This document shows, piece by piece, positions 38,222 through 45,519 of a stretch of DNA of 64,000 nucleotides; within the stretch, counting starts at the first letter, position 1, and each line of letters starts with the position of its first letter. Origin of the DNA: Dehalococcoidia bacterium (GTDB lineage Bacteria > Chloroflexota > Dehalococcoidia > Lucifugimonadales > G965248475); assembly GCA_965248475.1 (NCBI GenBank), contig OZ252106.1, positions 20,746-84,745 of the forward strand. Reading direction: 5' to 3'. The notes under the pieces were generated by a model that saw nothing but the letters and a program-made list of their open reading frames with translations, searched no databases and was not told where the DNA came from. A program made the translations under genes and the position numbers.

Positions 38222-38662
38222 CTAGTCAAGCAGCAGCTTTAGCAGGTCGTGGCGGGTGACGATTCCAACCAGGTCCTGGCCGCGCATTACAGGGAACCTG
38301 TGGATATCCTTGCTCACCATGAGGCGTGCCATCTCCGCGATCGGTGCATCCTCCTGGACGGTGGTGACGGGCTGTTTCATAACATCCCGCACCTTTTTTG
38401 ACCTTATCTCCTGAGAGACCTCCTCCAGCTGATCGGGGTTGGCCCAGGAGTCCATGAGGGTGTACAGGTTACCCGCAAGGGGCATGAACTTGTGGTGGAG
38501 ACCGAAGTCGGAGTGGGTAAGCATGCCCACAAGCTGACCCTGGCCGTCCACCACCGGCAGGCAACTGAGGTTGTACTCCAGCAGCAGCCTGGCCGCGCTT
38601 TCAACGGTCTCTTCAGCGTTGATGGTGACAACCGGCGCGGTCATCAGGTCTTTGGCTTGCAT
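38222..38662 (-). CDS. CBS-pair domain protein
   Basis: Two CBS repeats (AKDLMTAPVVTI..LLLEYNLSCLPVVD; VRDVMKQPVTTV..LMVSKDIHRFPVM). Confidence 0.85.
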   Translation of the reverse strand: MQAKDLMTAPVVTINAEETVESAARLLLEYNLSCLPVVDGQGQLVGMLTHSDFGLHHKFMPLAGNLYTLMDSWANPDQLEEVSQEIRSKKVRDVMKQPVTTVQEDAPIAEMARLMVSKDIHRFPVMRGQDLVGIVTRHDLLKLLLD

Positions 38663-38766
38663 GAGGGTGTCCTTAGTGTGACATTATATATGGTGATGCC
38701 GTTATGGGCTAACGCAACTTTGCCTAAAAAGCATGGCTCCCCGTTGGAATTTTCCAGCCAGACGCT

Positions 38767-38935
38767 TTCTTCCCACCCACCCACCCTCGAAGGTTATTTC
38801 TGAGGGCACATCCTCCGACTTTGTCCCGACACATCGGGATGAGCGAAGTGCCGACTCGGTCGAGCACTCGCGATGGAATCGGAGCATCATCGGACCTCAG
38901 ACTCCCTGCCAGAGGGGGTATTCCCCCCTGGGCTC
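38767..38935 (+). repeat. mosaic intergenic repeat copy with perfect CCCACCCACCCACCC head
   Basis: ttcttcccacccacccaccctcga..ccgactttgtcccgacacatcgggatgagcgaagtgccgactcggtcgagcactcgcgatggaatcggagcatcatcggacc.. Confidence 0.85.
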
Positions 38936-38953
38936 CCCAGGTAGGGTGGTACA

Positions 38954-39191
38954 GGGTACTGACGGGTTTCGGATTTGAATGGTACTTTTCCGGGGAAACA
39001 AAGCCGACTTTAGTAACATTTCTTTTGTTAAGGTGCGAGAGGCGTTCTGCCCTGGCCTCTGTCCGAGCGCCTAACAGATGGTACCCTTGCATGGAGGGTA
39101 GCAAAGATGAGGCGGTAGGGGCGAGGAGTGGGTGGCAGTGCTGAGATATTGCGGGATGTGTTCCAGGGTTCGAATCCCTGATGGCCCACCA
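38954..39191 (+). ncRNA. candidate tRNA-like RNA: secure tRNA-type 3' end (39164..39191), possible degenerate or atypical tmRNA
   Basis: 3' end CAGGG-TTCGAAT-CCCTG-ATGGCCC-A-CCA is a canonical T arm, acceptor strand and CCA. No matching 5' acceptor strand lies within tRNA distance. 38954 GGGTACTGACGGGTTTCGGATTTG resembles tmRNA 5' ends, but it pairs at only 5 of 7 acceptor positions and has no G3:U70. Confidence 0.3.
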
Positions 39192-39211
39192 GACTTGACA
39201 AAATCAAGAAC
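39183..39211 (+). repeat. attL: core GGCCCACCA plus element arm CCAGACTTGACAAAATCAAGAAC
   Basis: Read directly from the sequence. The arm is the inverted repeat of 51029..51051 (21/23 match). Confidence 0.7.
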
Positions 39212-39311
39212 TTTCACCCTGCGGTTCAGGTTGGACGTATGAGTTGGCGGCCACTACGGCGACCACCATCACTGTATGCGGGTATACTCCCCAGCGAAAG
39301 AGAGGAGGCCC

Positions 39312-40418
39312 ATGGACTTCATCGACGACGTGCGGACAAGGTCAAGACGGTTTGAAGCTCGGCTTGAACACCTGGATACGGAAGAGGCGACGAAGACATC
39401 CCTCGTTATGCCCTTTATCCAAATGCTCGGCTACAGCATCTTCGATCCAACTGAGGTGGTGCCAGAGTACACGGCGGACTTCGGCAACAAGAAAGGTGAG
39501 AAGGTGGATTACGCCCTGATGCAGAACGGCAAGCCCGTCGTCCTGATTGAGGCCAAGAAGCACGGCTCCAGCCTGCGGGTGGAGCAGGAATCGCAACTCT
39601 TCCGCTACTTTTCCGCCACCGCCGCCCGGTTTGGCATTCTAACGGACGGCATCGTCTATCGATTCTACTCCGACTTGGACGAGCCGCGAGAGATGGACAA
39701 GAGGCCGTTCTTCGAGTTCAACATGTTGGAGTTCACGGACTTACAGGTCGAGCAGCTCAAGCAGTTCCATAAGGACAGCTTTGACCCTGCGGAGACCGTG
39801 GAGGCGGCGCGAGAGCTGAAGTACACCAACGAGATCAAACGTACGCTTTCCGAAGAGATGAGGAATCCGTGTGACGACTTCGTGCGGTTCATATTGAACA
39901 GAATCGAGTATCCCGGATCGAAGACCAAGCAGCGAATAGAGCAGTTCACCCCTCTGGTCCAACAGGCGTTCGCCCAGTTCGTCAAAGACTTAATAGACGC
40001 ACGGCTAAAATCCGCTCTGGACCGTGGCAATGAGCCAACGGAGGAACCTGCCGTTGAGGAGTCTACCACCGGGCGTCCGGCTGAAGTGGAGTATCCCCTC
40101 TATCTGTTTTTGGACTCGAAGGGGGTAAAGGCTAGGGCGCGCCAGGACGATAGGACCAGCTTTGTGGTGCTGGCCGGGTCGCAGGCAGTGAAGGACGAAG
40201 TTTCCAGCATCCCCAAAAGCTTGGCTAACATGAGGAAAGCCTTGATAGATGACGGATTCCTGGTAGACGAAGGTACCACGTATAGGCTGACCCAGGATCA
40301 GTCGTTCAATACTCCATCTGGTGCAGCTTCATTCCTCGTGGTGGCGAGTAGAAACGGGCTAACGGCATGGAAGGACGCCGAGGGACGGACGCTGAGGGAC
40401 ATAACCGATACACACTAA
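39312..40418 (+). CDS. restriction-endonuclease-like protein (HsdR-N-type nuclease fold N terminus, DUF4357-like C terminus)
   Basis: ..TSLVMPFIQMLGY...EY......GEKVDYAL...GKPVVLIEAKK fits the type I R-subunit N-terminal/Mrr-like PD-(D/E)xK pattern. The C-terminal ..FVVLAGSQA....SIP.S....R..L..DG.L.. block resembles DUF4357. GAGGAGG lies before ATG 39312. Confidence 0.65.
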   Translation: MDFIDDVRTRSRRFEARLEHLDTEEATKTSLVMPFIQMLGYSIFDPTEVVPEYTADFGNKKGEKVDYALMQNGKPVVLIEAKKHGSSLRVEQESQLFRYFSATAARFGILTDGIVYRFYSDLDEPREMDKRPFFEFNMLEFTDLQVEQLKQFHKDSFDPAETVEAARELKYTNEIKRTLSEEMRNPCDDFVRFILNRIEYPGSKTKQRIEQFTPLVQQAFAQFVKDLIDARLKSALDRGNEPTEEPAVEESTTGRPAEVEYPLYLFLDSKGVKARARQDDRTSFVVLAGSQAVKDEVSSIPKSLANMRKALIDDGFLVDEGTTYRLTQDQSFNTPSGAASFLVVASRNGLTAWKDAEGRTLRDITDTH

Positions 40419-40434
40419 GAGCGAGGCCTCCACC

Positions 40435-41361
40435 ATGCGCAGCATTGCAGCGGATATGGCGACTCGCAATCTGAAGCTAATCGCGGCGTTCCTAGCAATC
40501 CTATTGGTCGTGGGGTTGGCGGCGTGTGGGGAGACAGAGAATCAACCGGTCTCCCGCTCAACTGCTCCCGCACCGACAGCCACGCCAGTTCTTTACCCCA
40601 CTTCTTCACCAACTCCGGCGGCCACGCTAACGGCCGTGCGGACACTTGAACCCACTGCTACCCAGGAAGCCGCAACCGGCTCGGATCTCTGGAGGGGGCT
40701 CGTGGTCGCCCCAGAGTATCGCTGTTCGCCATACGACTCTGACGACTACCCGTACTCGCAGTCCGTTGAGCAACGTATCGTTGCCAGCATGGGCAACATC
40801 ATCTACGGCCCGTACACGGGTAGGTGGTTCGGTGGCACATCTGATACAGACATCGAGCACATTGTCGCGCGCTCCGAAGCTCACGACAGCGGCCTCTGTG
40901 AAGTTGACGCTGCAACGCAGCGGCAGTTTGCTTCTGACCTTCTGAATCTCACCCTGGCCAGTCCTGCGGTCAATCGCTCGCAGAAGAGTGGCAAGGATGC
41001 GACCGAATGGCTCCCCGACCTGAATCGCTGTTGGTTCGCAAGCCGCGTGGTGGGGGTGCGCCAACAGTACGATCTCACTGTCGATGAGCGGGAGCGCGAC
41101 GTGCTGGAGGGCATATTGTCAGGCTGCGCGTCCACGGAAATGATTGTGCTAGAAAGCCCCCCGGCCTCGACAGCGACTCCTGCCTCTGCGCCAGAAGGCG
41201 AGGAGGTCAGCAGCGCCCTCGAGATGTACGATGAAAATGGGAATGGCCGTATCACTTGCGCAGAGGCGCGTAACCATGGCATTGCCCCTGTTCGCCGTGG
41301 ACATCCCGCATACGAGTTCATGAATGACGCCGACAATGACGGCGTGGTATGCGAGCGGTGA
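40435..41361 (+). CDS. secreted lipoprotein nuclease (DUF1524/GmrSD-C HNH-like) with C-terminal Excalibur Ca-binding domain
   Basis: Lipobox LVVGLAAC; ..TDIEHIVARSEAHDSG.. and ..NLTLASPAVNRSKSG-type His-Me motif; C-terminal DENGNGRITCAEARNHG..DADNDGVVCE. Confidence 0.7.
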   Translation: MRSIAADMATRNLKLIAAFLAILLVVGLAACGETENQPVSRSTAPAPTATPVLYPTSSPTPAATLTAVRTLEPTATQEAATGSDLWRGLVVAPEYRCSPYDSDDYPYSQSVEQRIVASMGNIIYGPYTGRWFGGTSDTDIEHIVARSEAHDSGLCEVDAATQRQFASDLLNLTLASPAVNRSQKSGKDATEWLPDLNRCWFASRVVGVRQQYDLTVDERERDVLEGILSGCASTEMIVLESPPASTATPASAPEGEEVSSALEMYDENGNGRITCAEARNHGIAPVRRGHPAYEFMNDADNDGVVCER

Positions 41362-41522
41362 GGCCGACCCGCTCCCGATAGCAGGAAGGCCAAGTGCATC
41401 AGATACCGGCACTCAAGGGTTGCCCTGGGTAAGAGCTCGTCTGGGTACGCGCTGAATTGACTTCGGGACCCAATGTGACGGATAATACACTCCGTACGAA
41501 TAACACCGGACAGAGGAGCGAT

Positions 41523-41774
41523 ATGACGAATCGGTTAGACGTACGGCTGGACGTCGAACATCGGCGGCGACTGGAGGAGTTGGCCCAGGAGAAGGGAGAG
41601 GCGATCTCCAACGTCGTGCGCCGCCTCATCGACGGGGCCTATGAGGACATCCTGCGCACGCGCCGCAAGGAGGCGGTGGAACGGCTAATCCGGTTGAACG
41701 TGGAAGACCCGCCGGACCCCGACACCCTCTCACGCGAGTTGGAGGCGGCCCATGAGCCCGGCGGTCTTCATTGA
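41523..41774 (+). CDS. ribbon-helix-helix antitoxin (VapB/CopG-like)
   Basis: MTNRLDVRLDVEHRRRLEELAQEKGEAISNVVRRLI is an RHH pattern. GAGGAG lies before ATG 41523. It overlaps the following PIN gene. Confidence 0.75.
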   Translation: MTNRLDVRLDVEHRRRLEELAQEKGEAISNVVRRLIDGAYEDILRTRRKEAVERLIRLNVEDPPDPDTLSRELEAAHEPGGLH

Positions 41775-42210
41775 CGCCAACGTTCCCATCTACGCCGCCG
41801 GCGGGGACCATCCCTACAAGGAGCCGTGCGCCCGGATTCTCCGCGTGGTGGCCGAGGAGCCGCAGCCGTTCGTAACCGACTCTGAGGTCCTCCAGGAGTT
41901 GATGCACCGCTACCTGGCTTCAGGACGCTGGGCGTTGGGTCGGGAGGTTCTCCGGGCCTTCGCCGAGGCCATGAATGGCCGGATCGAACCCGTCCATGCC
42001 GAAGACGTTCTTTCGGCGTCGGAGATGGCGGACAGCCATCCCGGAGTCAGCGCCCGGGACCTGGTCCACGCGGCGGTGATGCAGCGGCTGAGAGTAGGTC
42101 GCATCATCTCGGCGGACACCGACTTCGACCGACTGGAGGGCGTTGACAGGCTCGACCCCGCCTGCGTCGGGGAATGGGAACGTTCCATCCCAGCAGTCGG
42201 GGAAGGGTAG
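41752..42210 (+). CDS. vapC: PIN-domain toxin
   Basis: VFIDANVPIYAAG (first acidic residue), ..SEVLQEL.., ..ARDLVHAAVM.., ..IISADTDFD.. Confidence 0.8.
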   Translation: MSPAVFIDANVPIYAAGGDHPYKEPCARILRVVAEEPQPFVTDSEVLQELMHRYLASGRWALGREVLRAFAEAMNGRIEPVHAEDVLSASEMADSHPGVSARDLVHAAVMQRLRVGRIISADTDFDRLEGVDRLDPACVGEWERSIPAVGEG

Positions 42211-45200
42211 CCCTGGCTATTCGCCATTTGGAAACCTAAGCAACCTGGGGACGACTTTGGCACTCCACATCGACATAGACGACCCCAAGCACCGCAACGC
42301 CGTCGCTGAGATTCTGAGACGGCACGATGACGGCGCGGCCGAGGCCAACATCACCAGCGCGGTCCGCGACTTCCTCATCGTCACCGCGCTCGTGAAGAGC
42401 GAGGAGATGGCCGAGGAGAGCCCGCCCTCGGACGAGTCTAGGAGTGCCGTTGACCTGAAGGCACTGGACACCTTCATCGAGTTCAAGCGGCGCATCGGAA
42501 CAGCATCCGGCGGCGCACCCAACCCGCAGTACGTCGAGCAACTGGACGACTACCTGGCTCAAGCGTTGACGCAAGGCCGGGTTCAGATGGGCGTGCTCAC
42601 CGACGGCAAGCGATGGCTGCTGCGCTGGCACAACGCCGGGCCGGTCAGAATGGCCCCACCCTACGCCTTCACCCTGGAGGAGCCGGACCAATGGATCGGC
42701 CTCTACGAGTGGCTGCGAGACTCGGCCCTGGTATCCCTTGAAGGAGTCAGGCCCGATAGAGAGGGGATCGAAGGGCATTTCGGCCCGGACAGTCCTTCCT
42801 ACCAGCGCGACATCGCCGCTCTCAAGACCCTCTACCAAGAGAACGCCGAACAAGAAACCATCCGTATCAAGCGCCGGTTGTGGTACGACCTGCTGCGCAC
42901 CGCCCTGGGCGAGATCGCCTACACCACGGAGGGGATGAGCGCCGAGGCGCAAGCGCGGCTGGCCAAGGTCGGCGTCGGCCCGGAGGAGATGGACGATCTG
43001 TTCATCCGACACACCTACTTGAGCGCCGTCATCGGCATGGTGGTGCAGGCCTCCTTTGGCATCGACATACGCCGCCTAGCCGAGACAGACCCTGCCGACC
43101 TTATCCAAGGCCGAGAGTTGTACCGCGCCACCGGGTTGCAGGGGGTGCTGGAGTCGGACTTCTTCGCTTGGCCCAACGAGGTCGGCGGCGAGGCGTTGCT
43201 GCAAACACTGGCCCGCCGGGTCGCCCGGTTCGACTGGGCCGAGGCCCCGCCGGACACTGCGGCAACGCTCTACGAGTCGGTCATCCCGCCCGATGAACGG
43301 AGGCAGTTGGGGGAGTACTACACCCCGGCCTGGCTGGCCCGCGCCATGATTCGGGAGTTGGTTGACGACCCGCTGAACCAGCGCGTGCTGGACCCTGCCT
43401 GCGGCTCCGGCACCTTCGTGGCCGAGGCGGTGTCCCACTTCATAGCCGCCGCCAACGCAGCCAACTGGAACCCGGGGGAAGTCCTCAACCGGCTGCGGGA
43501 GGCAGTGACCGGCATCGACGTCCACCCCGTGGCTGTGCACCTCGCCCGTGCCGCGTGGACGTTGGCCGCCCGTCCTGCCATCAACGCCGCCAGCGCCGCC
43601 GGGTTCGATGCGTCCCTGTCCATCCCCGTCTACCTGGGCGACGCCCTCCAACTGCGCTTTCGCACCGGCGATATGTTCGCCGAGCACAACATCACAGTCC
43701 AGGTAGAGGATGAGGAGAACACCGAATTGGTCTTTCCCGTGAGCCTGGTGGAACGAGCGGAAACCTTCGACGCCCTGATGGGGGACGTTTCGGCCTCCAT
43801 TGAGCGGGGAGACGACCCGTTCCTGGCCCTGGACGACAACGAAATCAACGACCCCACTGAGCGCCAAGTCATTAACCACGCCATAGCCGCCATGCAGAGG
43901 CTCCACGACAGGGGGCGCAACCATATCTGGGCCTACTACGCCCGGAATATGGTGCGCCCCGTGGTGTTGTCACGCTCCAAGGTGGACGTGGTGATCGGCA
44001 ATCCGCCTTGGATCAACTACAACCAGACCGCCGACATCCTGCGAGACGAGTTGCAGAACCTGAGCCGGAACGCTTACGGCATCTGGGCAGGGGGGCGATA
44101 CGCTACCCACCAAGACGTGGCTGGGTTGTTCTTCGCCCGCAGCACCGACCTGTACCTGAAAGATGGGGGCGTAATCGGCTTCGTGCTGCCCCACAGCGCA
44201 CTTCAGGCCGGGCAGTACTCCAAGTGGCGCGGCGGTCAGTGGCGGGCGCGCAAGTCAGGTCCGAGCGTCTCGGTGGACTTCACCTTCAAACCGGCCTGGG
44301 ACCTGGAACAACTCAAGCCCAACAGCTTCTTCCCAATACCCGCCTCGGTGGCCTTTGCCCGCAAGCTCTCCCAAGACGTCTTAAGTAAACCGCTGGCCGG
44401 GACGGTGGAGCGGTGGCGGGGAAGGGCTGGGGCCGATGACGTGCGGCGGGAGTTGGCGAGCATCACCGACACCGGAGCAGCGGGGGAATCTCCCTACGGC
44501 GGTTACTCCCGGCAGGGCGCCATCATCGTGCCACGCTGTCTGTTCTTCGCCAAAGAAATGGAGAACACCGCCATCGTGCAAGCAGCGCCGACGGTCACGG
44601 TCAATCCCCGTCGGGGTAGCTTGGATAAAGCGCCGTGGAGGGACCTGGACCTGACCGCCATCACCAGCCAGACCGTGGAGAAAACCCACCTCTTCGCCGT
44701 TTACCTGGGAGAGACCGTTGCCCCCTACGTCACGCTGGAACCCCTGAAGGCCCTGCTGCCGTTGAAGCAGGGCGACGACGCCATTCCCACCGATGCCAAC
44801 GGAACGGGCGGCATCCGGCTGGGCGGCCTGGAACGGCGGATGCGGGAGCGCTGGCAGACGGTCAGCCGTCTGTGGGAGGGCAACAAGGCCCTGGCCAACA
44901 ACTTGAACCTGCTCAGTCAGCTCGATTACATGGGCAAGCTGTCTTCGCAATTGGAGTGGCAGCGGGATGCAGGAGACCGGCCTGTTCGCTTGGCTTATGC
45001 GAGCTCTGGCACTCCGACGGCGGCGTTGGTCGCCGATGATGGGCTATTGGTTGATTACACCCTGTTCTGGATCGCTTGCAAGGACATAAATGAAGCCAAC
45101 TATCTGTTGGCTGTCATAAACAGCGTTACCTTGTATGAGTCTGTACAGTCATTTATGCCGAAAGGCCAGTTTGGTGCTCGCCATCTACAAAAGCACCTGT

Positions 45201-45436
45201 GGAAGCTGCCAATCCCAGAGTTCGACCCGGCGGAAGAATTGCACGTCACCCTTGCCGAGGCCGGGGCAACGGCGGCAGTAGGCGCTAAAGCGAAACTGGA
45301 CCACCTCCGAGTGCAACGCGGCGATGACCTGACTGTGGCCATCGTCCGACGCGAGTTACGGGCATGGCTGCGCACATCGGACGAGGGAAGGGCCGTGGAG
45401 TCCGCTGTGCGCAGACTGCTAGCGGACGGTTCGTAG
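42143..45436 (+). CDS. fused PD-(D/E)xK nuclease / gamma-class N6-adenine DNA methyltransferase / target-recognition protein (type IIG/IIL-like RM enzyme)
   Basis: N terminus ..AVDLKALDTFIEFKRR (D..ExK). LGEYYTPAWLARAMI + VLDPACGSGTF (AdoMet motif) and VVIGNPPWINY (NPPW catalytic motif). Long C-terminal region. The first ~70 nt overlap vapC, so the true start is probably downstream. Confidence 0.8.
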   Translation: MTGSTPPASGNGNVPSQQSGKGSPGYSPFGNLSNLGTTLALHIDIDDPKHRNAVAEILRRHDDGAAEANITSAVRDFLIVTALVKSEEMAEESPPSDESRSAVDLKALDTFIEFKRRIGTASGGAPNPQYVEQLDDYLAQALTQGRVQMGVLTDGKRWLLRWHNAGPVRMAPPYAFTLEEPDQWIGLYEWLRDSALVSLEGVRPDREGIEGHFGPDSPSYQRDIAALKTLYQENAEQETIRIKRRLWYDLLRTALGEIAYTTEGMSAEAQARLAKVGVGPEEMDDLFIRHTYLSAVIGMVVQASFGIDIRRLAETDPADLIQGRELYRATGLQGVLESDFFAWPNEVGGEALLQTLARRVARFDWAEAPPDTAATLYESVIPPDERRQLGEYYTPAWLARAMIRELVDDPLNQRVLDPACGSGTFVAEAVSHFIAAANAANWNPGEVLNRLREAVTGIDVHPVAVHLARAAWTLAARPAINAASAAGFDASLSIPVYLGDALQLRFRTGDMFAEHNITVQVEDEENTELVFPVSLVERAETFDALMGDVSASIERGDDPFLALDDNEINDPTERQVINHAIAAMQRLHDRGRNHIWAYYARNMVRPVVLSRSKVDVVIGNPPWINYNQTADILRDELQNLSRNAYGIWAGGRYATHQDVAGLFFARSTDLYLKDGGVIGFVLPHSALQAGQYSKWRGGQWRARKSGPSVSVDFTFKPAWDLEQLKPNSFFPIPASVAFARKLSQDVLSKPLAGTVERWRGRAGADDVRRELASITDTGAAGESPYGGYSRQGAIIVPRCLFFAKEMENTAIVQAAPTVTVNPRRGSLDKAPWRDLDLTAITSQTVEKTHLFAVYLGETVAPYVTLEPLKALLPLKQGDDAIPTDANGTGGIRLGGLERRMRERWQTVSRLWEGNKALANNLNLLSQLDYMGKLSSQLEWQRDAGDRPVRLAYASSGTPTAALVADDGLLVDYTLFWIACKDINEANYLLAVINSVTLYESVQSFMPKGQFGARHLQKHLWKLPIPEFDPAEELHVTLAEAGATAAVGAKAKLDHLRVQRGDDLTVAIVRRELRAWLRTSDEGRAVESAVRRLLADGS

Positions 45437-45519
45437 CAGCGAAATCACTTTCGCCCCCTCTTCAGGGAAGATTACATCAGCATAGGTGCATCCTACCCAC
45501 GGGTGCTGTCATGTGATGG

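Noticed and set aside
42236-43924. 258-aa and 282-aa minus-strand ORFs inside the methyltransferase gene
   Set aside because: They are antisense to a CDS with clear MTase motifs, have low-complexity translations, and show no start-site signals.
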